Below are positions 42,401 through 50,126 of a DNA stretch of 64,000 nucleotides, in pieces (the first letter of the stretch is position 1; each line of letters opens with the position of its first letter). The translations under genes were made by a program, and so were the position numbers. The stretch is from positions 128,001-192,000 of IMG/VR virus record IMGVR_UViG_3300035498_000371; one strand, written 5' to 3'. Source of the stretch: a virus (taxonomy: Duplodnaviria > Caudoviricetes). Below the pieces are notes generated by a model, which searched no databases, had not been told where the DNA came from, and saw only the letters and a program-made list of their open reading frames with translations.

Positions 42401-43756
42401 GTTGGTGTAAATAGGCAGACTACAATAAACCCTAATATTGTTGGCGGTAGAGGTTATTTTAAGCAATCTGATGAGGAGAATATGAGTGTTACTAATACTT
42501 TATGTATGACTGAGGCTTTATCTCCATTCGTTGTTACATCTGATGATCCATTCAGAAATGATATGACTTTCGTACAGACTGCTAAGCATTCTACACCAAT
42601 AGATTATAGTACTCCTATGCTGGTAACAACTGGAGCTGATGCTGCAATGCCATATTTATGCTCAAATATGTTTGCTGCTAAAGCAAAATCTAAGGGTACG
42701 GTTAAGGAAGTTACTAAAGATTATATGATTATCCAGTATGATAATGGAGAGAAAGATTATATAAATCTTGATGAACAAACTATGAAAAACTCTGATGGTG
42801 GTTTCTATATTTCTCTTCAATTAAAGACTGACCTCAAGGAAGGTTCTAAAGTAAAAGAAGGAGAAGTAGTAGCATACGATAGCAAATCTTTCTCTAAATC
42901 TGTTGGAGATAATAGACAGTTGGCTTATAATATGGGCTGTATGATTAAGGCTGCTGTTATGACTACAGAAGATGGATTTGAGGATTCTGGTAAATGCTCT
43001 GAATGGTTAACAGAGGCGATGTCATCAGACATTGTGGTTATGAAACCTGTAGATCTTCCCCCATCTACCAATATTTTATTCTTAATAAAGAAGGGTACCG
43101 AAGTGAGGGAAGGAGAACCAATCTTAATATTCCAGAATGCATATGATGAAGAAGACGCTAACGTTCTTCTTAAGAATCTTAATAATGAAGATGGAGATGT
43201 ATCAGAGATAGGAAGAAATGTAATCAAGTCTAAGGTTACTGGAGTTATTTCCGATATTAAAATCTATCGTACTTGTGAGATTGATGACCTTTCTGATAGC
43301 TTAAAGAAGATTGTAAAATCTAAAGAATCTGAAATTAATAGGCTTAAGTCTAAGTCTAAAGGAAGTGTTTCAGAGGTTCAGTTTGATTCTACTGAAAAAT
43401 TGCCTCAGAATGGTAAGCTTAAGAACTTAGATGGTGTTCGTATTGAGATATATATGAAATACCATGATCCATTATCTGTTGGTGATAAGATAGTCGTTCT
43501 TAATGCTAATAAGAACGTTCTTATGGACGTCTATGATGACGAAGATGCTCCTTATACCGATTATAGACCTAATGAAGCTATAGATCAGATTACTTCTGCC
43601 AGCTCAATGGATGGTCGTATGATTACTTCTATTATGAAGACTGGAGCGTTGAATAAACTTATGATAGAGTTAGCTAGACATGCTTGTGAAATGAATGGTC
43701 TTAAATGGAAAGATTTGCATGAAATTAGAGAAGACTATCTTAAAAATAACCAATAA
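39425..43756 (+). CDS. Phage multisubunit RNA polymerase beta-like subunit (probably virion RNAP), unsplit, with long N-terminal extension
   Basis: Beta motifs in order: FMRLRGNEK (cf. F.INGtER), STVGVNRQ, SPFVVTSDDPFRNDMTFVQTAKHS (cf. DDANRALMGSNMQRQA), LVTTG, DGFEDS (GYNFEDS), LSVGDKIVVLNANKNV (GDK.....NK), DGRMI (SRMN). ATG at 39425 after AAAGGAGG; promoter at 39390-39402. Confidence 0.9.
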   Translation: MLYLEDLKYMKLYKKKFYAPINKKNKKTGSAILLLTPNYDASKFLMNNPFMINRNAFISYYIEKDITYTINHESKYLEISYHDADTIALNEQAVYTESTDVQVISEMEEDYTINELYCKLGDSMIFFNELYDETILNEKGAYAEKYRKLLYYDRIRNNRDVLQLYKKIKEDNPWIKKTFIDYKRYKSFNLFIDLYYYNQIYLANNNYTIIKSIDMYLEFIRRFLTDKRIDTAGYTKKTIFIPVNFWGKKPGTMVYDYKNNLNPISIIYKKLRLSIEDLHALDGLEMVFFGNNGYFKFKTDDVTKQTHTKFLRFIKALEDNETIDDSDEPDNSPDGITTEIIDKLDTNRGIKIHNLTGNAESEEEQEQLKAELVKRISDASKTAANEDDVLDNLENDEFVKKVISDLGDDAEDNIKISAARATRITKAQDNFMKKSINNKSVKDMVNESNKPEELPETELPIETINEEWKHMKAINFEKEYDLDADIIKILNSLSDTNKEYPVSILDVKMEDTSTSEDSIYTYTVKCEDYSGKRFTLKFDIPKFRDNRFMRLRGNEKIFSIEMPLIPISKTDEDTVQIVSFYNKIFIERYNTSTGKSNPDAARFIKAMNKYSGSDIKVSVGDNTRICSKYELPIDYVDLASMYSKIEYSAKGGLLKDRFTIYFNQDELRKDIKNLNESEGLPVGLYNDGRVIYYVANEDNTFASFISVLLGDDFYESFRSQAKPKKCTYSRASILNTNIPVITILAHDLGLTKAMDIAGIDYDISEKRTPRSDEDDTIKLADGFIHYKSTYTSMMLMNGLKDCNMEDVQITELNSKITWVNILENFGGRIKSDGLTNFKDLMYDPITVEVSRDYKLPDNYHDALVYASNLLVDNKFTTHTDISTNRYRTNEVVAAQFYRVLSDSYKEYALQNKHGRKVPMSMKQSAVIDLILAQNTTSDLSVFQPLLEIETKNTISTKGVTGMNSERAYKIDKRGYDDSMVNVIAQATGFASTVGVNRQTTINPNIVGGRGYFKQSDEENMSVTNTLCMTEALSPFVVTSDDPFRNDMTFVQTAKHSTPIDYSTPMLVTTGADAAMPYLCSNMFAAKAKSKGTVKEVTKDYMIIQYDNGEKDYINLDEQTMKNSDGGFYISLQLKTDLKEGSKVKEGEVVAYDSKSFSKSVGDNRQLAYNMGCMIKAAVMTTEDGFEDSGKCSEWLTEAMSSDIVVMKPVDLPPSTNILFLIKKGTEVREGEPILIFQNAYDEEDANVLLKNLNNEDGDVSEIGRNVIKSKVTGVISDIKIYRTCEIDDLSDSLKKIVKSKESEINRLKSKSKGSVSEVQFDSTEKLPQNGKLKNLDGVRIEIYMKYHDPLSVGDKIVVLNANKNVLMDVYDDEDAPYTDYRPNEAIDQITSASSMDGRMITSIMKTGALNKLMIELARHACEMNGLKWKDLHEIREDYLKNNQ

Positions 43757-43837
43757 ATATCAAGAACATAGAAGTAACGTGGATCAAGTTATTAGCCAAC
43801 TTGTAGCGTAAAATATTTTTTATAGGAGGAAACTAAA

Positions 43838-44467
43838 ATGGCTGATATTAAAAAAACTTTGCTTAAAAAGAAAGTTGCTGGCACTGTATATGGTCTTTAC
43901 CCAGAGACCTCTGCGGACATCGTTAAATATGGCGATTCCAGCACAGTCGCAGATGAGTTAGCAAAACTCATTGCTAAGATGGGCAATGGAGACGGAAGTG
44001 TATCTCAGGAGATCGCAGACGCCGTTGAGAAAGCTAAGAAAGAGTTGCTGGGTATTGACGAGACTAATACTCAGATTAACGAAGCTTATGATACATTGCG
44101 TGAGATCGCTGAGTGGATCACATCTGACGAGTCAGGTGCAGCTAAGATCGCTGCTGATGTTGCAGCTGTAACTAAGACTGTAAATGGTGACGGCGAGTCT
44201 GATACAGGTTTAGTTGGTGCTGTTTCTGATCTTAAGGCTGAACTCGATACAGAGGGTACTGGCGTTAAGGCTCGCTTAACAGCTGCTGAGGAGGATATCG
44301 ATGCACTTCAGGCAACAGTCGATACTAAGACTACTGGTCTTACAGACAAGGTTGCTGCATTAGAGGCTTCTTCTACACAGGTTAACGTTGTAGCTAGCGA
44401 CTTCGCTGAGTCTGAGATGAATGACAACGATATCTACTTCGTTGAGCTTGCAGCCTCTGCTTCCTAA
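43838..44467 (+). CDS. Putative fibre/collar-type virion protein (coiled coil; YPxTSA N-terminal motif)
   Basis: LKKKVAGTVYGLYPETSADIVKY; EAYDTLREIAEWI motif and heptad-rich stalk; promoter at 43765-43777. Confidence 0.6.
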   Translation: MADIKKTLLKKKVAGTVYGLYPETSADIVKYGDSSTVADELAKLIAKMGNGDGSVSQEIADAVEKAKKELLGIDETNTQINEAYDTLREIAEWITSDESGAAKIAADVAAVTKTVNGDGESDTGLVGAVSDLKAELDTEGTGVKARLTAAEEDIDALQATVDTKTTGLTDKVAALEASSTQVNVVASDFAESEMNDNDIYFVELAASAS

Positions 44468-44525
44468 CTTCCGCTTGGTAAGGTAATCAGAATATAGCAA
44501 ATAAGATTATTCTTAACTAAAAATA

Positions 44526-44556
44526 TCCTCCTAAGATACATTGTCTTAGGAGGATT
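44526..44556 (+). terminator. Hairpin (terminator or attenuator)
   Basis: ATCCTCCTAAGA-TACATTG-TCTTAGGAGGAT. Confidence 0.6.
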
Positions 44557-44573
44557 ATAAAGGCGGTGAATGA

Positions 44574-44840
44574 ATGGAAAAAGAGGTAGAACTCAGAAAG
44601 AAAGTGAATGGGTCTGCGTGTACTCTCTATCCAAAAACATCTGCCGAAAATGTTAAATATTCTAGCGACCAATCAGTAGCGGATATTTTATCTGGGATTC
44701 TTGCTGATATTAAACTTATCAAGGAGAATCTTGGTATAACGGAAGAAGTATATGCAAAAGATTCATCTGGCAATGTCTTAGATGACGGAAGTGGAACAAA
44801 TATCGTACTGTTGAGTAAAGCAACAGGCCTCTCCAATTAA
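44574..44840 (+). CDS. Small virion protein paralogous to the 43838 N-terminus
   Basis: LRKKVNGSACTLYPKTSAENVKY. Confidence 0.65.
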   Translation: MEKEVELRKKVNGSACTLYPKTSAENVKYSSDQSVADILSGILADIKLIKENLGITEEVYAKDSSGNVLDDGSGTNIVLLSKATGLSN

Positions 44841-44884
44841 TGAAGAAAATGATACGTTCTATGGTCGATAATAAAGCAGCATAA

Positions 44885-44910
44885 CCCTCTAGGCTTAATT
44901 GCCTAGAGGG
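44885..44910. terminator. Bidirectional terminator
   Basis: CCCTCTAGGC-TTAATT-GCCTAGAGGG between convergent genes. Confidence 0.75.
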
Positions 44911-44923
44911 ATATCTTCTGTTT

Positions 44924-45442
44924 TTATAAGCATACTCTTTTTACATTGGTTAAATCATCATGATTGATGATATCGGTAATCTTATCTACAGTATTGGCGT
45001 CAAGATAATGTAATGATTTAAGATAGACTATAATAGAGCCATGTGGTTCATTCTCTACAGCCCCAATCCATTTATCCCAGTTAGCAGCCTGAAGATCGAT
45101 AAAATCATTATCGTTACCACGTAGATACATTCTACCAATCCATTCTGCTTTACATTGCTTAGATGGATAAACTGTTACATAATCGATACCAGCATCTTCT
45201 AATGCTTTACGAACCTGAATGTGAGATGATACTAAGATTATATCAGCAGTATCAAGATTATCTTTAATATGCTGGATATAATTTGCAGGAAATTCAGGAT
45301 TACGTTCTTTTGTACCGTCTTCATGAATAATCCATGAGAATGAAGAAGAATCAGAGTCTAATACTCTTTTTCCTCTAACGGTATTTGTATAATAAGATTT
45401 ACCACATGCTGGATAAGTGCTAATTACTAAAGCTTTCTTCAT
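44924..45442 (-). CDS. P-loop nucleotide kinase-like protein
   Basis: N-terminal VISTYPACGKS Walker A variant, LDSDS, and RMYLRGN lid-like motif. Confidence 0.7.
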   Translation of the reverse strand: MKKALVISTYPACGKSYYTNTVRGKRVLDSDSSSFSWIIHEDGTKERNPEFPANYIQHIKDNLDTADIILVSSHIQVRKALEDAGIDYVTVYPSKQCKAEWIGRMYLRGNDNDFIDLQAANWDKWIGAVENEPHGSIIVYLKSLHYLDANTVDKITDIINHDDLTNVKRVCL

Positions 45443-45456
45443 ATATTTTCCTCCAT

Positions 45457-45909
45457 TTAATTTAGTTTACATACAACAATTTCTATATCCATATCATTGA
45501 ATACGCTATGAATTGCTTGGTAAACATCATCCCATCTTAATCTATCTAAACCACAACCAATGGCTGGCATAGCGACTTTAGTGATGTTATTAAGAAGGCA
45601 TGTCTGCCTCATATGAGATAACGCACCAATTAATGAATATATTGTAGGCTTATCCCAATAATGTATTTTAGTTACCAGATTAAGAACTCTTCCATCTAAT
45701 AAGCAATCTCCATATAGGATCTTATCATAATCATTATGATTAGATAAATAATCGGGATATTTTATCATAAGATTATTCTTGGTATTGAATCTCTTATTGA
45801 ATTCTACAGCGATCCCTCTACCCATACCGAAATCTGCGCTAATGCATTGAGCCAGATAATAATCTTCTGGCATTGAGAATAAATCTCTTATTTCTTCAGT
45901 ATATACCAT
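45457..45909 (-). CDS. Macro domain ADP-ribose glycohydrolase (TARG1/OARD1/DarG-like)
   Basis: LAQCISADFGMGRGIAVEFNKRF, LNLVTK..YWDKPT, AMPAIGCGLDRLRW..V: Poa1p/TARG1-type signature. Confidence 0.85.
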   Translation of the reverse strand: MVYTEEIRDLFSMPEDYYLAQCISADFGMGRGIAVEFNKRFNTKNNLMIKYPDYLSNHNDYDKILYGDCLLDGRVLNLVTKIHYWDKPTIYSLIGALSHMRQTCLLNNITKVAMPAIGCGLDRLRWDDVYQAIHSVFNDMDIEIVVCKLN

Positions 45910-46361
45910 TATTTATCCTCCTTAGATGGAGTTTTAAGATCTTCTTGCATCTTCTTAATCTGTTCTTCTGTATCAATGCCATCACGTTGGATTATCTGTA
46001 ATATAATTATCTTATTGCCAGCGTTATCCATCTTAACGTTGAAATCAATACTAACGACTGAACGATCATTCATTACAGCAAAATCAATCTCATAGCCAAC
46101 GCTATCGGCTACCATTAATTGTAATGGTAAATTTTTGAATACAACGATAATATTATCGTCATCATTTGTACCATAATTCATAGAATAATCATCAGTTTCG
46201 TCATTAATGAATGTAAGAACTAACCAACGTCTCCCAAAATTGGCAATACGAATAAGAATTTCAACCTCATCTGTTTCTCCATCTAAGCATATTGATCGCG
46301 ATTCCAATAACCTCTTAGACTGTTGAATAAATACTTCTGTAGATAAATCCACTTTACGCAT
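45909..46361 (-). CDS. Hypothetical protein
   Basis: ORF with AGGAGG SD and promoter CACA-TTTGAG-TAA at 46388-46400 (minus strand). Confidence 0.7.
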   Translation of the reverse strand: MRKVDLSTEVFIQQSKRLLESRSICLDGETDEVEILIRIANFGRRWLVLTFINDETDDYSMNYGTNDDDNIIVVFKNLPLQLMVADSVGYEIDFAVMNDRSVVSIDFNVKMDNAGNKIIILQIIQRDGIDTEEQIKKMQEDLKTPSKEDK

Positions 46362-46527
46362 AATTAAGACCTCCTAAAAATAAAATTTTACTCAAATGTG
46401 AGGCTTATGTTATTTGAGCAAAATTATCAACCTCTTTGGGTAACATCTAATTAATATCTGAAGGTGGGTCCGTGGAGCCATCCACTCCACAGATATGTAA
46501 AATCTACGAAAGGAAGGTAAAATCGTT

Positions 46528-47019
46528 ATGGCAATTAATAAAGCTACACTTGCAAAAGAGATTGATGGCGTCATTGAGTATATCTATCCAAAAACATCTG
46601 GTGATATAGTCGTGTATGATGAAACTCATAGCGTTAATGCTATGATTCAAAGTCTCTTAGAGAACAAAGTGGACAAGGAAGACAATAAAGGTCTTTCTGA
46701 GTACGACTTCACTAAGACGTACAGAGATAAGCTTGAAGGTATCGCTGCTGGAGCGACTAAAGTTGTTCTTGATAGCGAGTTATCTACAACAAGCGCCAAT
46801 GGTGTACAGAACAAAGTAGTTGCTAGCAGATTTTCTACAGTAGAAGAGAATGTTTCAGCCCTCCAGAAAACTGTTAGTGATCTGAGTAACGACACTGCAA
46901 CCAGTGATTCATTATCGAAGCTTACTGATAGGGTAAGTACTCTTGAATCGTTCAAAAATGACTTAGGAAGCGCTCTTACCGTATCAAACGGTCAGCTCTG
47001 CGCTATCTATGCACAATAA
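46528..47019 (+). CDS. Putative tail/head fibre-associated protein (YPKTS motif)
   Basis: IYPKTSGDIV, KVDKEDNKGLSEYDFT...KLEGI and LDSELSTTSANGVQNKVV are motifs common in phage fibre proteins; promoter at 46442-46454. Confidence 0.65.
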   Translation: MAINKATLAKEIDGVIEYIYPKTSGDIVVYDETHSVNAMIQSLLENKVDKEDNKGLSEYDFTKTYRDKLEGIAAGATKVVLDSELSTTSANGVQNKVVASRFSTVEENVSALQKTVSDLSNDTATSDSLSKLTDRVSTLESFKNDLGSALTVSNGQLCAIYAQ

Positions 47020-47039
47020 TTTAAAGGAGGAATAAAGAT

Positions 47040-47915
47040 ATGGCTACAACAGTTACAAAACCTATCATCTTAGACGAAACTGGTAACAAGATCGTCGATG
47101 CTATGGGTAACATTGTTACGTCACTTAATGATCTTAAAAAGATCCAGCTGGCTAATAACGCTGGCGCTCACAATGGTCTTTACCGTGGTAAAGACTTATC
47201 AAACACTTACACCGATACAGAGATTTATGATATGATTTCTACAGGAGATCTTTCTGACCTCTATGTAGGTGACTACTTCAAGAAATCTATCACTTCTACC
47301 ATCGGTGGAACAGAAGATATCGATGTTCAGATCGCAGGATTCAACCCTTACTACAACGTTGGAGATACTGCATTGACTCGTAACCATGCAGCCGTTGTCA
47401 CTAAAGACTGCGTTCAGACTTTGGCTCAGATGAATACCACAAACACAACTGTTGGAGGTTACGTTGCTACAGATATGTACAAGACTACATTACCTGCATA
47501 CGCTAACGCTTTACAGCAGGCTATCGGATCTACACACATCATCTCTCGTCGTGCTTTACTTACGACTGGTATTAATAATACAGATCAGTCTGCAGGAATT
47601 GGTACAGGGCGAAGCAATGCATGGTCTTGGTACGATGAATTAGTAGGTATTATGACTGAAGCAGAAGTATACGGAGCACCTGTATTTAGTTCATCAGGAT
47701 ATGATACAGGAGAAGCTTGCATCCAGTTACCTCTCTTTGCGTTGAATCCTTCGTCTAGGGTGGCAGGCAAAGGTAGAAATGGATCAAGACAGTGGTATTG
47801 GTTAAGAAGTATTGCTAATTCCACCTACTTCTGCCACGTCAACTACTATGGCTATGCCATCTACGGCAACGCGTCCGATGCTGGCGGCGTTCGCCTCCGC
47901 TTCCTGATCGGTTAA
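47040..47915 (+). CDS. DGR target protein: probable receptor-binding fibre tip with C-type-lectin-like C-terminal variable domain
   Basis: C-terminal QLPLFAL...WYWLRS...FCHV...G.A....AS...GVRLRFLIG is typical of CLec-fold DGR targets; the 3' end is the VR matching the TR. Confidence 0.9.
   Translation: MATTVTKPIILDETGNKIVDAMGNIVTSLNDLKKIQLANNAGAHNGLYRGKDLSNTYTDTEIYDMISTGDLSDLYVGDYFKKSITSTIGGTEDIDVQIAGFNPYYNVGDTALTRNHAAVVTKDCVQTLAQMNTTNTTVGGYVATDMYKTTLPAYANALQQAIGSTHIISRRALLTTGINNTDQSAGIGTGRSNAWSWYDELVGIMTEAEVYGAPVFSSSGYDTGEACIQLPLFALNPSSRVAGKGRNGSRQWYWLRSIANSTYFCHVNYYGYAIYGNASDAGGVRLRFLIG
47817..47904 (+). repeat. DGR variable repeat (VR) including the IMH end
   Basis: Ungapped 88-nt match to 49837-49924 with 12 mismatches, every one at a TR adenine. 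Confidence 0.97.
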
Positions 47916-47917
47916 TC

Positions 47918-48074
47918 GATGGGCCGTAGCCCCCTCGTGGGGCGTGGCCATCACTTAATGGATAAGGAAGGTCTAGCGGAAGGATAAAAGCCGTAGGCTT
48001 ATTTTCGCGCGAAGCGCCCGAAAAAATTTTAGGCCTTCCTAGATGAACCATTTTCGGTAAGTTTAGGAAGGCTT
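47918..48074 (+). promoter_or_regulatory. GC-rich hairpins downstream of VR (candidate DGR homing cruciform and terminator)
   Basis: GATGGGCC...GCCCC-CTCGT-GGGGC...GGCCATC (47918-47952); GCGC-GAA-GCGC (48007-48017); AGGCCTTCCTAGA...TTTAGGAAGGCTT followed by a T-run (48031-48074). Confidence 0.65.
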
Positions 48075-48943
48075 ATTTTATCATTTTCGAATTTATAGAC
48101 GCACTATGACCGAGTGATGTGGTTGCTAATTAAAACGTTGATATCGTGGAATTATTGTTGGATTTTTATTTTTGGTTATCATTTTATTTCTTTTTCATGA
48201 CGATATATTTGTATGATTATTTTATCTTTATATGAATTCGTATACTGATAGATGATTCTATATAAATCGTATAAATAATGAATGATTGTATAATAACTAA
48301 TCTTACATGATATAGAATATATTTGATAACTATCTTATATCTTATTTTAAAATAATGAATGATGGTATTTGAATATTAAACGAAGAGTATCTTAGTTCTA
48401 TATACGAAAATATAAGTGGTTAGATTTAAATATAGAATTAATTTTATTTTTTCATTTAATATCACACATTGTGCGGTATGTAAACTATTATTCATCTATC
48501 ATGTAATTAATGCATTTTAAGCATTAAAATAAATCTTATAAAGACTAAATAAGAGATTATTTAGCGATGGATATGGTATCACAATTGATACTAATTAAAT
48601 CCTATATTGTGATAAATATAATTCATTCAAACTAACTCTCTGAACAGATTTAAACTTTCTTTCTAACCTTGGTTACATTTCATAGAAATAAAATTTATTT
48701 GAAAACTGAATAGAGAAAAATGTAACTAAAAGAAATGAAAAATACTAGCAGGGATAAAGTAAAAGAATATTTAATATGCTACTTGTGATTTATTAATCAT
48801 ATTATAAAACGCTGTTGGATAATGTAATAGATCTTAATACTAATGGGCTTATGGATTGTTCTACTGGTCTTATAAATCACATTCAAGAAATAATAACTCT
48901 GGTGTAGATTAGATAAAGATAATGGGTATAATAATAACCGAAA

Positions 48944-48956
48944 TACATTATGGTAA
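48944..48956 (+). promoter_or_regulatory. Late-type promoter motif upstream of avd
   Basis: TACA-TTATGG-TAA about 27 nt upstream of the avd ATG. Confidence 0.6.
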
Positions 48957-48982
48957 ATTTATATGTATGGAGGCGATGAAAT

Positions 48983-49711
48983 ATGTCTGTTATTAAGAGA
49001 AAGAGAACTAAATCTAATTTACAAGCGCTGTATGATGCACAAAAAATGAGGACTAGCGTTAGCAGATTGATGCTAAAAGACTTCGGTGCGAAACCTAAAG
49101 TGAGAACCGTTGAGGATATTGCTAAGAATTATAAAATGAGTTCAAGAGATGCCGAAAAATATTTAGAGTTGACGAAGAAATATGGAATTACCACGACGTT
49201 GGAAGAGTTTCCATATTGGTTCGTCGATGATCTACGGAGATCGGTGTCGACATGTATGAGGGAGATGGCTGAGCATATTACGATTGCTAATAGTATTTAC
49301 CCAAATAGCATCTATGAATGCGATTTAAGAAGACAACATCAAGACATTGCCATCGGGCAATGCGAATTTTTATTACAAGAGTTGCAATATATAATGAGCG
49401 TAATACCATTGAACGTAAATAAATTGATGCCGTATGTGGAAATGGTTGAAAAAGAGATTGCTTTGCTTAAAGCATGGAGAAAATCCGACAATTCCACCAG
49501 GACAAGAATCATCAATAATGAAATCGAAAAGTATTCGCAGGCTCCACAACTGTTATATCCATATTTGCAATACTCTAATAATTATATTGGCCAATTTAAA
49601 CAACCATTGCAATCATATCCTACAATGGTAGAGCAGCCCATAATGGAAAAGCGTATCATGTGCGTCATAGTTCCAAAGAAATCGCCTTATAAATCTTGTA
49701 GTTCTCATTAG
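48983..49711 (+). CDS. avd: Avd-like DGR accessory protein with a C-terminal extension
   Basis: Lies just upstream of TR/RT. MSVIKRKRTKS...ITIANSIYP...RRQHQDIAIGQCEFLLQELQYI...EIALLKAWRKSD is typical of Avd-like four-helix bundles in Bacillota DGRs. Confidence 0.85.
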   Translation: MSVIKRKRTKSNLQALYDAQKMRTSVSRLMLKDFGAKPKVRTVEDIAKNYKMSSRDAEKYLELTKKYGITTTLEEFPYWFVDDLRRSVSTCMREMAEHITIANSIYPNSIYECDLRRQHQDIAIGQCEFLLQELQYIMSVIPLNVNKLMPYVEMVEKEIALLKAWRKSDNSTRTRIINNEIEKYSQAPQLLYPYLQYSNNYIGQFKQPLQSYPTMVEQPIMEKRIMCVIVPKKSPYKSCSSH

Positions 49712-49836
49712 AGAGCGAATGTTGTTATTGTTGTAAGTACTACTGCGCGTATGCAGATTGGTATGAATTCGAACATTACTGTGATGGATTTACTAGCTCC
49801 ACTTCCATCGTTGTTACAGGGATTCAACTTGTTAAA

Positions 49837-49924
49837 AATTCCACCAACTTCTGCAACGTCAACAACAATGGCAATGCCAACTACAACAACGCGTCCAATG
49901 CTAACGGCGTTCGCCTCCGATTCC
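49837..49924 (+). ncRNA. DGR template repeat (TR) within the avd-RT intergenic RNA
   Basis: AAC/AAT-rich copy of VR; in the VR frame it reads NSTNFCNVNNNGNANYNNASNANGVRLRF. Followed by a spacer with hairpins, e.g. 50060-50087. Confidence 0.95.
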
Positions 49925-50126
49925 ATTTTGCGGTACTACGAGTAGAAGTCTCTGAATGGAGCTTCGATACCGTAACTCGGAAGGAAGTTGAGTCCTGTCC
50001 GCAAGGCGAATTTATAATATGATGCTATTTTGATACGTCACAGTGGCTATTACATATTAGCGGGAGTGGTCACTAGATCACTCCGCATATCTTATGCACT
50101 GCTATACGAATGGAGGGTAATTATGA

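Noticed and set aside
49751-49945. 64-aa ORF (and 72-aa antisense ORF) spanning the TR
   Set aside because: These are by-products of the AAC-rich template repeat. There is no SD, and the region is better explained as DGR TR RNA.
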